A stretch of DNA of 59,468 nucleotides, filler included, from Squatina squatina (lineage: Eukaryota): the NCBI GenBank assembly GCA_031763465.1. It is 4 parts of 4 records of this genome, joined end to end, with 100 filler letters (N's around TTAATTAATTAA, not from the genome) between each part and the next. Parts side by side here need not be neighbours in the genome. Positions count along the whole stretch, not along the records: positions 13,155 to 29,751 come from JARFOE010000121.1; positions 29,852 to 47,223 come from JARFOE010000016.1; 2 more parts are not named here. One strand, given 5' to 3'. Shown in pieces: positions 20,499 through 34,239 of the stretch. The translations under genes were made by a program, and so were the position numbers. The first letter of the stretch is position 1. The number at the start of each line of letters is the position of its first letter. A model generated the notes under the pieces. That model ran no database searches, had not been told where the DNA came from, and saw only the letters and a program-made list of their open reading frames with translations.

Positions 20499-23090
20499 CT
20501 GCAGGCAAAGAAAAAGAAACAACTTCATTAGCAACTGGAGAGTTCATTTATTCATGAATAAAATATGACTACTAAAAACTAATAAATGTACTGGAGATTT
20601 ACTGTCTCCACAAACCATCACATTCAAATTCTCTTTGACATGAAGTAAGGATACATTGCAGTTAAATTCTACTGGAACAACCAGTAGTTGTATTTTAATA
20701 ACAGCAAAGCACAGCAGCCCCATCACATGACTTCCTCAGCCATACGAATGTTAAACCTGGCTTCCGTATGTACTGAACATTTCAGGTATACCGGATGCCG
20801 GGAGGGTCGGGGGAACATTCCAACATGTACAGCCTGCACACACATACACACATATATATATATATCAAAATTCAGTCATCTGAAATAAGCTTATTAATTA
20901 CTGATAATAATTAGCTTTGTGCCCACTATAAACAATTAAAATAAAGATTAAAACTAAGGTATAACCACACCCTATTGGGAGAATATGTAATCGATTTTGT
21001 ACTGAGGTACTCTTTTACAGCAATTGAATTCAAAATAGATTTTTGTTAAAAAACCTAGATAGCATAATAGCTACTTCCAAATCAATGAATTATTTCCCAC
21101 TGGCTTGGTCTTTCATTCTCCATTGGCTAAATTTCTGTGTTTTTCTATTTCCTAATTGGCTACTTTCATTAGTCAATAATCATTTTACGCAAAACATTCC
21201 TGCAACATTTCAATTGTTTTCCCCTAGTCACACTCCACCAAAAATAAACCTACCCAATAATATTGCAGCAAAATAAATGTTCTATGAGAACCAGCTGCTA
21301 TATCACTCCCCACACAGGCTCAAACTGAAAGCAATCTTTGGAGAATAGGATTAGTTTAAATATTATGAATTCTGAGGTGAGTGAACGGTTTCCGGGAATA
21401 ACATTTCAGAAAGATCACTGCGACTCCATTTACAGCATGTTGAAGTTGGAATGCCTGGGTCTTCTCAAGCTTGGGACTTGAATAAAGNNNNNNNNNNNNN
21501 NNNNNNNNNNNNNNNNNNNNNNNNNNNNNNNNNNNNNNNNNNNNNNNNNNNNNNNNNNNNNNNNNNNNNNNNNNNNNNNNNNNNNNNTTGACTTTATAGA
21601 AATTATGTTTTATGACTATTTTAGTGTCTTACATAAACTGCCAAGTCTCTCTCTTGGTTGAAGTTTCGCTAGTTTGGTAAATAAATTTACTGCACTGAAA
21701 AGGTTAGAAGTGACACTTCAAATGAATGCATTGAAAGTACGGTACAGAATAGTGAACAATAATAATAATGAAAGGGCCTCAATGGCCTACAGATAATGTG
21801 GACTTTTCACAGTTGGGAACCTGCCTTAATTAAGCAGATGACTTACTACTTTTGAGTTTGATTCTTGAAATGATCATAGAACAAACAGTAACCATGGAAG
21901 GTATCTTTAACATGTAGAATCTATTGGCCACAGAGCAGCATAGTGTGCAGCAGGTGCACCAACACACTGTGCCACAGAGTGTTAGGTTGCAGGTTTGGAT
22001 CTGCAACTTCCCACGTGGAGACTTCCTGATCTCAGTTGGCCCATCAGGACAGGCACTGAATGGAGGCCAGGTGTTTTTGCATTGGGGGGTTGATGGGAAC
22101 AGAGGCAGTTTCACTCCAGGCCACTTTCACACACCACTTCCTACTGCTCCATTACAGAGAGACATCAGATTAACCTGGGAGTAGGGTGCCTGCCCACTTG
22201 GGTGAGGAGGGAAACACATTTCAAAAGGGGGCAAAAAGAAATATAAACAGAACAGAACATTTTCCCCCCACTGCTGCACGATGCTTGGAAATTTAGAAAC
22301 TTGAATTGTTTTGTGCTCATTTTAAATTACACTATTTAGACGATTACAGCATAGGCCAGCTGCAAAAGACACGTACCTAGTGTTTTAAAGAAACTGGTCT
22401 TTGATGAAATCATGTAAAAAAAGACCATTCGTTGTTGGTATCCGGCTTATTACCATTCTGCATCTCCTAGAGACGGTGCGATTAAAACTGTTAAAGGGGA
22501 AATCTCACCACAGCACAATTCATTGTTATTGTGCGTAAACAATACATCATTAAAAAACACTAATAAACTATAGTGCAACTTGTACGTTAAGGCATTTTAT
22601 CTATAGCCTAAGTAAAACAGAAATATATTGAAGCACCTTCCATGAAGTATGTGTGGAACCAAAGTACAGNNNNNNNNNNNNNNNNNNNNNNNNNNNNNNN
22701 NNNNNNNNNNNNNNNNNNNNNNNNNNNNNNNNNNNNNNNNNNNNNNNNNNNNNNNNNNNNNNNNNNNNNNNNNNNNNNNNNNNNNNNNNNNNNNNNNNNN
22801 NNNNNNNNNNNNNNNNNNNNNNNNNNNNNNNNNNNNNNNNNNNNNNNNNNNNNNNNNNNNNNNNNNNNNNNNNNNNNNNNNNNNNNNNNNNNNNNNNNNN
22901 NNNNNNNNNNNNNNNNNNNNNNNNNNNNNNNNNNNNNNNNNNNNNNNNNNNNNNNNNNNNNNNNNNNNNNNNNNNNNNNNNNNNNNNNNNNNNNNNNNNN
23001 NNNNNNNNNNNNNNNNNNNNNNNNNNNNNNNNNNNNNNNNNNNNNNNNNNNNNNNNNNNNNNNNNNNNNNNNNNNNNNNNNNNNNNNNNN

Positions 23091-23162
23091 TGATCATATT
23101 GAATGGCGGTGCAGGCTCGAAGGGCCTAATGGCCTACTCCTGCACCTATTTTCTATGTTTCT
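23091..23162 (+). mobile_element. CR1 LINE 3' terminus
   Basis: tgatcatattgaatggcggtgcaggctcgaagggcctaatggcctactcctgcacctattttctatgtttcta, same family as 19404-19520. Confidence 0.85.
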
Positions 23163-24591
23163 AACTCGGGTCTGTTTGAAAAATGCCCAATTAAAATGCG
23201 AATTTTCATGGTACTGTTCGCGAGCTTTCTGTCTGGCCCAACACACAAATGCAATTTCCAGTCCTAGTGCATTCAGCTTTTAAAACCAGAAAACAAAATA
23301 ACAGGAAAACCATGATTAAAGTGCTGCACATGGTCAGAAAGGTTACATATCCAAATGGACTACATTTTAGAATAATTTTAGATCATGAAATTGAATGCCA
23401 CCATTTAGCTCTAAACAATACAGCAGCTCAAAATTCCACAAGAATCCAGATTGGAATAGGTGTCCGTGATCCGTAAAGAAATCCTTTATCCGACTATATT
23501 TTCCAGTGTGTCAAACATCACATTTTTTGTCTAAGTTATTGACTAATTTTAATGCCATCGGCTTTAGACCAACAGATAGTTCCTTTTAGATTATATATAA
23601 TGTGAGAATGCGGGGCCTTCTGAAGGTAGCCAAGATGCACAGAAGTAATACTGCAATAACAAGTAGTAGTTTTACATGCTTTCACACTGCACTCTGTTCA
23701 ATAAATTAGCTTTCTTTTCTTTTTTATACAAAAAGGTCAGTTTGAAATGTTTGCAATGAAGCCAAGGCTTGTAGGTGTTAAGATTGAACAATGAACACAG
23801 CACTGTCGAGGCTAAAATTCAACGTGCACCCAACAGGGCTCCAGCTGCCATGTCTGTTTTTCATTCTTAATAAAGGTCTTTGAAAAACAGAATATTGAAG
23901 TTGTGGTGTCATTATGGAGATATTGGAATGATGCTTCACTCATGAATAATTAAGTGCGCATCAGAAAACCTACAAAGTGTGGTCATTTTTAATTCAGGCT
24001 CATATCTCATTAGTATTTATTATAATGCATGAATCTAAACTAAGCTCGCCTGGAGTAGCAAGCTACACTGTGCTGGAATTCCATAAGGAACGAAGGGCAT
24101 GAGCAGATATATGTTTCCATTTTAATTCACATCATTTTTTTTTACCCTGATCATTTTACAAATTAAAAGCATTCGATTTATTTGTTTTTGACATATTCTC
24201 GCTTCTGAGAACTTAAATTAACCAAGTATAGTGTTCACTCAACAGTCAATTGTGAATTTGAGATGAATTTAAAACTGACAATTTGTTTACTGGAAGGAAA
24301 GTACAAGCAGTTTTCAAAAGCAGGAACAGCTGGTCACGTTGCTGATTGGCCTGTTCTTCTCTCGAAATTGGAGCCCATTAAAACTTTGCAACTCTTGAAT
24401 GTCCTAACACAATGAGCTGTTTCCATTCAATCGGATTCATATGAAACCAACCGCAAAACATTTCTTCAAATGTGTTGTACTGAGGCATCACGCAACATGA
24501 ATTTTAGACTTGTACAGTTAATAACAGACAATGCTATGAGAGGAAAACAAGAGGGGCAGACAAGGCAAAGCACACAAAGGAAAAATGAGAC

Positions 24592-24711
24592 CTGGAACTT
24601 GTGCGGCAGAGAATGATGAAACTTGGAAGAAAGNNNNNNNNNNNNNNNNTGGGGAGGCCTGTGAGGGGTGTAAATATGATCTAAGGACCATCTGTTACTT
24701 GGCTGTTTCAC
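24592..24711 (-). CDS. Candidate penultimate cassette exon of ANKS1B
   Basis: Strong acceptor (T-run, then cag|). Phase-0 reading VKQPSNRWSLDHIYTPHRPP-(16 N)-LSSKFHHSLPHKFQ. Weak donor CAG|gtctca. Confidence 0.4.
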
Positions 24712-27700
24712 CTGAAAAAAAAGTGTAAACAAAGCTGTACATATGCATATTAAAAAAATGCAGAAGCATTTCTAAGCAAATGAGACACTATCATGGGCTG
24801 TTTTAAAAAATAAAAATTCCACCCTTTTCTGGGGTTCATCATCATCATCCCCCCATCCCATGACACACACACACACTATTCTCTGGCCAGTAGGGCACAG
24901 GTGACGAGCTCGGACGCACTCCCAGTGTCGGTCTGTAATTGGCTGCAAGGGGACAGGTGTATGGGAGCAGCCAATGATGACTTTTCACCCCCTCGTGTTG
25001 CAGTAGAGCTTTATTTCTATTCCATTGCTCTCCGAGGCCGATTGGAATTGGAAACTTGCCACAAGTGCAAGCACAAGGCATAGCTATGTCCCACCACATT
25101 GCGCTTAATGCACTGGCATACTGAGCCTTCATATTATTTGGCTTTAAGTCAAATCTTTGGGTCGTAGTGAAACCCAATTGTGTTGCATCGACTAAAATCT
25201 ATTAAGATTATACTTTTTGCTGTTGAAGTTGCATTTTCACAGATCCTCTCAAANNNNNNNNNNNNNNNNNNNNNNNNNNNNNNNNNNNNNNNNNNNNNNN
25301 NNNNNNNNNNNNNNNNNNNNNNNNNNNNNNNNNNNNNNNNNNNNNNNNNNNNNNNNNNNNNNNNNNNNNNNNNNNNNNNNNNNNNNNNNNNNNNNNNNNN
25401 NNNNNNNNNNNNNNNNNNNNNNNNNNNNNNNNNNNNNNNNNNNNNNNNNNNNNNNNNNNNNNNNNNNNNNNNNNNNNNNNNNNNNNNNNNNNNNNNNNNN
25501 NNNNNNNNNNNNNNNNNNNNNNNNNNNNNNNNNNNNNNNNNNNNNNNNNNNNNNNNNNNNNNNNNNNNNNNNNNNNNNNNNNNNNNNNNNNNNNNNNNNN
25601 NNNNNNNNNNNNNNNNNNNNNNNNNNNNNNNNNNNNNNNNNNNNNNNNNNNNNNNNNNNNNNNNNNNNNNNNNNNNNNNNNNNNNNNNNNNNNNNNNNNN
25701 NNNNNNNNNNNNNNNNNNNNNNNNNNNNNNNNNNNNNNNNNNNNNNNNNNNNNNNNNNNNNNNNNNNNNNNNNNNNNNNNNNNNNNNNNNNNNNNNNNNN
25801 NNNNNNNNNNNNNNNNNNNNNNNNNNNNNNNNNNNNNNNNNNNNNNNNNNNNNNNNNNNNNNNNNNNNNNNNNNNNNNNNNNNNNNNNNNNNNNNNNNNN
25901 NNNNNNNNNNNNNNNNNNNNNNNNNNNNNNNNNNNNNNNNNNNNNNNNNNNNNNNNNNNNNNNNNNNNNNNNNNNNNNNNNNNNNNNNNNNNNNNNNNNN
26001 NNNNNNNNNNNNNNNNNNNNNNNNNNNNNNNNNNNNNNNNNNNNNNNNNNNNNNNNNNNNNNNNNNNNNNNNNNNNNNNNNNNNNNNNNNNNNNNNNNNN
26101 NNNNNNNNNNNNNNNNNNNNNNNNNNNNNNNNCTTCTATTCACACTTCCAAAGTCATACTTCAGGTTCACAGCTGTCCAGGGCTTCTGAACCTATCTGTA
26201 ATGTATACACTGGCAGAATAACAACACCCCGCTCTCCTGCTAATACATCTTTTCTTTCTCAGCTAGCCTGTCGAGGAGAGGTAGAGAAACAATTTCTTGG
26301 AATCCCTTCCTGTAACACTGATAGGCACTTCCTGGCAATGTCCCAGATAGGGCAAGGTTAACAGCCCAACTCTTATCCTGCCTTCCCCACTAACTGGGAT
26401 ACTGTGAGTATTAGGACCTAATTAGGAGAGAACAGGGTTAGAATGAAAACAAAAAAAAGTAAATCTTATTACAACTGTTGTATTCCACACCTTTCCCCAA
26501 CATATCCCATTCTGCATGCATTACTCTACGGTGTTTGCCAAACTGAAAATCCCTGCTGAGTTAAGAGAATTGTCAGATTCAATTTTTTTTTAAATAGCAG
26601 ACACAACAGCTTTAATGTTCACCAGGGAAATTCAATTTGGCGCCACTCACTGAAAACTAACATGGCTGCCTCAGGTTTTGAGCAGCCCAAGGATCAGATG
26701 TACCTCCTCACCCAGCCCAGAACAATGTTCCACCATCAGTGAACAAGGTACAAGTGCATGGTTTTCCGGTGGAATCCAGCTCAAGGGGGGGAAAAAAAAA
26801 CACATTCCATTCTACACCATTATTACTCTATGCCCAATGTACAAAGCATGGTTCATGGTTATCAGCTGAATGCGTAATCTTAGTGGGTTCTTGCCTGGTG
26901 ATGTTAGTGAGGCTGTTCAATTTACGATCAGATTTAGGACATTTTTAGCTGCCTTTAACACCAGTTACTCACAGGCGGAATGGTTTACTAAGGCTCTTTA
27001 TCAGTGCTAATAAAATATGCTGCTATTTTCAATGGGATAATGCCAAGCTGTCATACTGAGAATTTATGGGAAAGCAGCAAAACTCTGCCTACAGCGTGTG
27101 AGTGCTATTAATAGCCAGCAGAGCTGTGAACGAGGCCAGGACAGACAATTCACAAGCAAAATCCAAGAACAATTCTCTCATTAATCAGCCATTTCCTGAG
27201 CTGCCTGAATATGACGATTGAGTGAGTGATTCAGAAAGGGTCTGTGAACCCAGGACTATTAAAAGAAATTATTGTTCACACAAAAATGACAGAGAGAAGA
27301 GAGTGGGACAGCGACACAAGGAGAAGGAGCAGACAAAGACAGATGTTGACATTAAAAATGCAATAGCTGGATTGTGAAATTGAGAAATATTGTTGTAAAA
27401 TGTTCCTGTGTAGGTGAAATCAGTGCTAGTGCTACACTGCATATAGTCGCAGACTTCAAGTTTTACAATAATTCAGTATCTACTTAGCTAGTCTTAAATG
27501 CATTCATTCTTCAAATTCAGGGCCATCAGAAACATATTTAGAGCAGAATTCTTTTTTCAAATTCTACATGTATCAGACATTTTATAGCTAGAATATTAAA
27601 CTGCAGTTTTTGTCCTTGCTGCTGCAAGGTCTGGACATTCATAACTGAGATATTTTCAACCAGGTGTTTGATGTGATTTGAGTTAATTAAGTTATTTCTG

Positions 27701-29469
27701 AACGACAGCTTACACTGGTTCAACCTTATATGGTGTGAGGTATTCACTGGTCCTTCCACTGGGCTGTGGGGCAGTTAAGTCGTTGTAGCCGAAGCTGTGT
27801 GCTGGGAGCAGCTGTGTGAATCAATAGCTGGAGACAGGCGGTGAATTTTTGATGAACACGGGCAATAAGAGAGGGGCTCGGATTGCATCCAAGAGACCAA
27901 ACTGTTGTGATCCGTCAAAGCTTGAGAGACCGTGCTGAGGTCAGTCACGCTTTGTTCCTGTGGCCCTGTCACAGTGCACAAGATAAAAGAGTGTGAGGGC
28001 TGAGGCCCTGTCGTTAGGATGGACGGGGCATAGGGAGGAAAGAGGAAGACTGTGGATATTATTAATTTATTAATTTACTATTTTTCTTATTTTAACCAGG
28101 ATGTGGGCAGGGGGACAGTTTGGGTTACTTTTTGTTTAATGTTTCAAAAGTGAAGAGCACAGGAAACCAAAAGTAAACTCCAAAAAAAAATGTGGATTAA
28201 TGCCTGCACTTGTTGTACACGAGACAGCTGCAGTATCTCTGGCACTTAATAACGGAGAGTATTATCTTGCTTTAAGTAAAACTATCTGCAATTTATGAAC
28301 TCCCCTCCCCAGCATCCTTGTAGCTGAAGAATTCCTGCAGATTTTGGGACAAAGCCCGAGGGGCATTTGAATCAAATTTCTGTGGATTTGTGATAGCGTC
28401 CTCATATTTTGTCACAAGTATTTTTCTAGCCAGTTATTAAATATATAATTAACTTTTAATTGTAATCACTTCCACTGGTTTACAGCTTTTGTGCATATCT
28501 GCAAATAATCTTAGAACTTGAGCCTGAAAGTATCACTGACACTCCTACAATACTCTATAATTAAAAAACAATATGACTTATTTTAATTATCATAAGTCAG
28601 TAACCCTGATAATATATTGTGCACTAGATAGAATTAAACAGCATATCCTGACACACTGTGATCAATGCATGGGAGATCTGTCAGTGTGTATCAAAAGTAT
28701 TGCATGCAATGTGCCACCACAAACATCCTGTAATACTTTTGTGTAACACATTCAGTAACTTGTGTCTGTCATACTTATCAGACGCAATCACAGTCAAATT
28801 TAATTTAACCTCAGGAATGTTATTGTGTCCCTCTGATCTGGATTATTTTACCCATATGGTTGTTACCAAGCTTTGCACCTTCAAGTCCTGACTGCACCAA
28901 GATTCTGACAATTAGGACAATTTATACTTTCTTCCTCCTGTACTTAGCTCTCTTTCTGACAGATGCAAAACAGTATTAAAATAATGTGCATTTCAGCTCA
29001 CTCTCTCCAAGAATATACCAGATCCACAATCCATTATAAATGACCTGTAAATCAACCAAAGCCATGGTCCTAATCTGTAACTTGACCTGTAACTGCCTCA
29101 ACATTCACTTCCATAAGGTGGAGCAATTACATCTTCTAGCCTTAACGGGACGTACACAGCCAATGGCTGTCAAGTTTGCCAGAGCTCTGAAAGTTCATCA
29201 ATCTAGCTCATGCTACTACAGAGAAGATCAGCAATGTCATTTACAGTTTACAGATATATCAAACAAGTGATTGATGCAATGCTCATCAAGGCAAACTATT
29301 TCTTCACTTTCATCATGGGAAATCAACAGAAGAGTGAGAGGTTTTCCAGATGCATTCATGTTGTCTATATGGTCCTCGAGATTTCTGTACACAATCATAT
29401 GCTCTTCATAAACCATAAGTGCTTTCATTCTATTAATGTGCGTATCAAAACAGGATCATGCAAGTGAAT

Positions 29470-29619
29470 ACAGAAAGCAAAATACTGCAGATGCTGGAAA
29501 TCTGAAATAAAAACTGAAAATGCTGGCAGGTCAGGCAGCATCTGTGGAGAGAAAAACAGACTTAACGTTTCAGGTCGAGGACCCTTCGTCAGAACTTTCA
29601 GCATCGGCCTGAAACATTG
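29470..29619 (-). mobile_element. Penelope-like element terminal repeat fragment
   Basis: aaatactgcagatgctggaaatctgaaataaaaactgaaaatgctgg...gcagcatctgtggagagaaaaacaga. A copy in the opposite orientation is at 47324-47397. Confidence 0.6.
29560..29596 (-). ncRNA. Minimal type-I hammerhead ribozyme-like motif
   Basis: Minus strand reads AGTT-CTGACGA-AG-GGTC-ctc-GACC-T-GAAA-CG-TT-AAGT: core CUGAnGA/GAAA/UH, a stem II, a palindromic stem III, and a stem I with one mismatch. Confidence 0.55.
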
Positions 29620-29751
29620 GGCCTGAAATTGTGATTGGCTGCTTCCTGCTTGTGGATGCCTCCAATCGCAAAAAAAATTACGTACTTACCTAAGGGTCCT
29701 GGATCCACGGGAGTTTGCGATCTTCAGCTCCCCACGAGTTGGAGATTCAGA

Positions 29752-29851
29752 NNNNNNNNNNNNNNNNNNNNNNNNNNNNNNNNNNNNNNNNNNNNTTAAT
29801 TAATTAANNNNNNNNNNNNNNNNNNNNNNNNNNNNNNNNNNNNNNNNNNNN
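29752..29851. other. Artificial scaffold linker N44-TTAATTAATTAA-N44
   Basis: Identical to the linker at 13055-13154. Confidence 0.97.
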
Positions 29852-32499
29852 CAAGCATTCGATTTTGTGTGGGCCAGCAGGATTCAGGTATTTTCAAAGT
29901 AGTTCATGTCACTTCTGTAAAATGATCAGGAACAAATATGTAGTGCACATGCTGGTGAACACAATAAACCACCAACAGGGGGCGTCCGTTACTGCTGTTT
30001 CACTACAATAATGAGGTTTTCCTCCATCCCCTCTTCTCTCTAAGGAGGCATTACAGCAGACAGTTGCTGAACTTGCCTGGCCCATAAATCTCTGTCGAAT
30101 GGATCAAAAAATGTAATCGAAAGGTACGTAGAAGCTGAAAAATTCCCCATTTACTCCATTTCCACTCCTCTTTCTGGGGGCGGAATAATAAAACAGTGCC
30201 TTTGTACAGCTAGGGAGAAGACGTGGCCCACAGGGAAAAATTGTTAGAGGAGGGCAAAAATACCTAATAGGAGTGTGGAGCACCTCTCTTGTAAGCAATT
30301 GATTCTTCTTTGTAATCTTGCCTACTTTTAACATCAGTCCTTGCAAGTGTCTTAAAAATAATAACGTGCTTTACTTGCATAGACAAATTAGTAAAATTAA
30401 CTTTAATAAAAAGAAAATGAAAGTTAGAGAGAGAGAAATCACAGCTGCTAATACCTTTTTTTAAATTCTCCAAGGTCTGATAAGGATTGACCTCTCCCCA
30501 TGGGTAGTTTTAATAANNNNNNNNNNNNNNNNNNNNNNNNNNNNNNNNNNNNNNNNNNNNNNNNNNNNNNNNNNNNNNNNNNNNNNNNNNNNNNNNNNNN
30601 NNNNNNNNNNNNNNNNNNNNNNNNNNNNNNNNNNNNNNNNNNNNNNNNNNNNNNNNNNNNNNNNNNNNNNNNNNNNNNNNNNNNNNNNNNNNNNNNNNNN
30701 NNNNNNNNNNNNNNNNNNNNNNNNNNNACAAAACAAAAACACAAAGCTTTGAGATACAAAAATGAATAATCAGAACAATTATAACAATTCATGGAATATT
30801 TTTCATTTGTGGCAATATTTAAATCTTGATACATTTTTGTAATTGTTATCAAAGGTTCCAGTCAAATACACCTAATGGAAGTCATTAATGAAAAATGTCA
30901 AAAACAAAGGAATTTGTTTGGTGTAGTAGGGCAGATATTCAGGGCATATATGTTCAGTGTATCCAGCAATCCTAATGTGCTTTCATATTTTTAACGGCTT
31001 CATATGTTTAAACAAACAACTACCAACTGACTAAAGTAAAGGAGCGCAAATCCTCACAATATCTTTTAATCTCTAGCACTTTACTGTAGGCATTCACTGA
31101 ACTACTGGACTAATATTATTTTACATTGTTAGCTATGTATACTGAAATGTCATATTCCATCCAAAATTAAGATTTCCTTGGAAACTTATCACTTGCTGCA
31201 ACACTTTACTTTTACAATGAATGGACAATGTCTCTATTTGCATGTCTACCAAAAATCGCATTCATTTTTATCAAACTTTGTAAATTTCAGCACACATACA
31301 TTGACAAAAAAATTGTAATCCTGTGTTCTGACTAAGAAGTTAGTTAGTTGTATGCTATAAGGCATGCTAAGTAAATTTTATGACAGACTAAGAAAAAAAT
31401 TTGCCTTTGCAACAAAATTAATCATAAATGTGACAAACCATTTACAAGTTTTGCAAAAATACTTTAGATAATCAATTTGCTAATGCTGACAAATGAATTG
31501 CAATGGAACACGAGGGAAGTTTACTCACTGGAAGACCAAATTATCAGCAAGAAACAGGTCCCCTCACGTGCTTTCCAGAATGTCCTAAATGACTATCTGT
31601 ATAAGGTACCTCTGCATACTTTTGTTAACACCAGAAGTTACTTTATTTTTGTATTTTTGTTGCAAGGCTTGAAAGATGGCTAATTTTGTACTGAAGCTTT
31701 GCTGGTCAGCATTTTCTACATTGTGGCTATTTGAAAAGTGACCAAATGTGACTTGTACCTATTCTATGGCACCAAAGTGACAACCGGTGAGGAATAATTA
31801 TGTGAATACCTTGAATATTTAGAAGCCAATTCATGGAAAACCATATTCTCGCTATGAGCAGTGGAGACGGGCATTTTTTGTTCTCTATGAACAGGATTGA
31901 GAATGGACATTTAGGTCTGTTGGTCACTAGAAAGACAGAACTTTAATCTAGCATAGGTTGGATTTGAAACCAAATCCCAGAGGTGAAAGGGCAACATAAC
32001 CCACTTTATATGTGGTTAATAGTATTAACTAAGTGCATTGAGAACATACTGTAAAAATGAAGTGAAGGAATAAAATCATGATCTTTTGCAAGACTGTTCC
32101 ATAATAATTTATGGGTGGCTAAATTGTCAGAACATGGAGAGTTCTGAAAGTTCTAAATTTTTATAGAAGCCTGAAAGTAATTTAAACCATTTATTTTACT
32201 GCACAAGTATACATATATAATTTCAATGGCTTTGTGGTTTGTGTTAGCTTCATCTTAAATGTAATTGCTCCTTTAACTCCATTTATAGTAACAAGAGTTG
32301 AATTTGCTGAGCATTCCATTGTCTGTATACAAACATAAATCACTCCAAATGACTTAAGGTTTAAAAAAACAGACCAGTGGAAGATGTGCTCAGAATAGTT
32401 AAGAGAACTATAATGGGCATGGCCCATAATGTGATCCATTCATGTAATCGTCATTGCTCTGTTATAGCATTGCTCGGAAACACCTACTTGACTGTATAT

Positions 32500-32642
32500 C
32501 CTTAGACTCTGGAGCAGCTTCTACAAATTGGAGGGTGGCAAATGTAACCCCATTATTTAAAAAAAGAGGGAGAGAAAAAACAGGGAATTACAGACCAGTT
32601 AGCCTAACATCAGTAGTGGGGAAAATGCTAGAGTCTATTATA
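32500..32642 (+). mobile_element. CR1 LINE reverse-transcriptase fragment
   Basis: NWRVANVTPLFKKRGREKTGNYRPVSLTSVVGKMLESII. Confidence 0.92.
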
Positions 32643-34085
32643 NNNNNNNNNNNNNNNNNNNNNNNNNNNNNNNNNNNNNNNNNNNNNNNNNNNNNNNNNN
32701 NNNNNNNNNNNNNNNNNNNNNNNNNNNNNNNNNNNNNNNNNNGATGTAACTGGCCTAGTTACATTGCTAAGTGGATTCCACAGAACAGAAGGAACAGGCG
32801 GTTGCATGTTCAGCTTTATTTCTGGCCTCTACAATTTTTTTGATGGCCGGGGAATGCTGGGCAATGATCATCTGTGTATGTTGGGCATATGACTCAGTCT
32901 GTCTGCAGCCAGAAAATATGGCAGCCCCTGCCTCCATATTCTACAGTGGGATGTTTGTTGCCTCTGAATGTATCGGCAGTTACTATTTCTATCGGTGAGC
33001 TTGGTCCTTCTGGAGGCTGCAGTTCCACATCAACGTCACCATAGCAGAGGTGTTTAAAGTAAGTGCACCCTGAGGTCCCCTATATCATTGATGTTATCAT
33101 GATAGCTCTTTTGTCTGGCTTAACACCATTGCATTGATCTTTTGAGTCACGCGTGCTACATATATCACATTTAGTTTTAACAGGAAATTGAACTGGATTC
33201 CTCAAGACAAAAACAATGGATGAACAGAAGGGGATAAATCCGCATAGGTCTCAGCTGTAATGTGTGAACTTGTCATCGGTGTGCCTGCCCTCAACCCAAA
33301 TCATTCCAGAATCAAAGGGCCAGAATTTACAGTAGCTGCAAAAGCCGTTTGTTACATTTGCCCTTGCTCATTTAATTCCATGACCTTTTGCAATGGAAGT
33401 TGCTGTAAGTTAACAGTGTGGCGCCCTCTACAGGACATCGGAGACCTGTGTGAACAGGGCAAGCAACTGTGTTTCTCCTTAACCAATCAGATTAAAGTAT
33501 CGTTACTGAGCAGAGTCTGAACCAGGAAGTGTTATCACACCGTTAAAAAGGGTACATAGACTGAAATGGACAAGCTCTAACTTTTTGTGGTGAGTTTAGT
33601 CCATATCTACGACATCAGTACAGGAACTTCACACTGTTCAATACATTTGAATGGGGAGCTAGACGGCGAGTATGCCGTGTTCGCGCAGCTTACGGAGGAG
33701 CAGCCCACCTCGGACAGCAACTTTTGGATTTTCGTGTTTATCTGCGCATACAATCAATCATCTATGTCACTGGTAGATGGGTATTGCAAGTGTGCGTTTT
33801 TGCAGTGAGATACCAGGTGACTCACTGCCGTTTGTGTACGAGTTAATTCAACAAAACAGAAAAAATAATGAAGAGTGCAAGCTGAACCTTGAACCACTTA
33901 AAATAAAAGATACAGAAAAATTGTCTGGGTAATGGAAGTTGCATTTGAATAATCCGGATGTATTTAAATAAAAAACCCAGACATTTAAGACTAATAAATT
34001 AAGATACGTTCTAGTTGCGCCAATGAGGTATTGTATTGGAAATTGCATACTGTAGAATATACACGCAAATCCCAGCATGCCTTAC

Positions 34086-34239
34086 CAAATTCTCTGCAGT
34101 GCTTGTTGGTCATTTGTAGATCTTGTTTCAGCTGCTCTATCTCAGCCTTGAGGGAGGTGTTATCATTTTCTTTTTGCTGCTTTTCTTTTTCCAGCATCTG
34201 AAGATCCATCGCGAGGCCTTTCACCACAGTGCCTTGCTG
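34086..34239 (-). CDS. Exon (5' end in gap) of an unassigned coiled-coil protein
   Basis: QQGTVVKGLAMDLQMLEKEKQQKENDNTSLKAEIEQLKQDLQMTNKHCREF, with donor G|gtaagg. Confidence 0.75.

Noticed and set aside
22597-26361. Long ORFs of 146-393 aa in the ORF track (also 30448-30852, 34123-34596, 43632-44352)
   Set aside because: Made almost entirely of N gaps.
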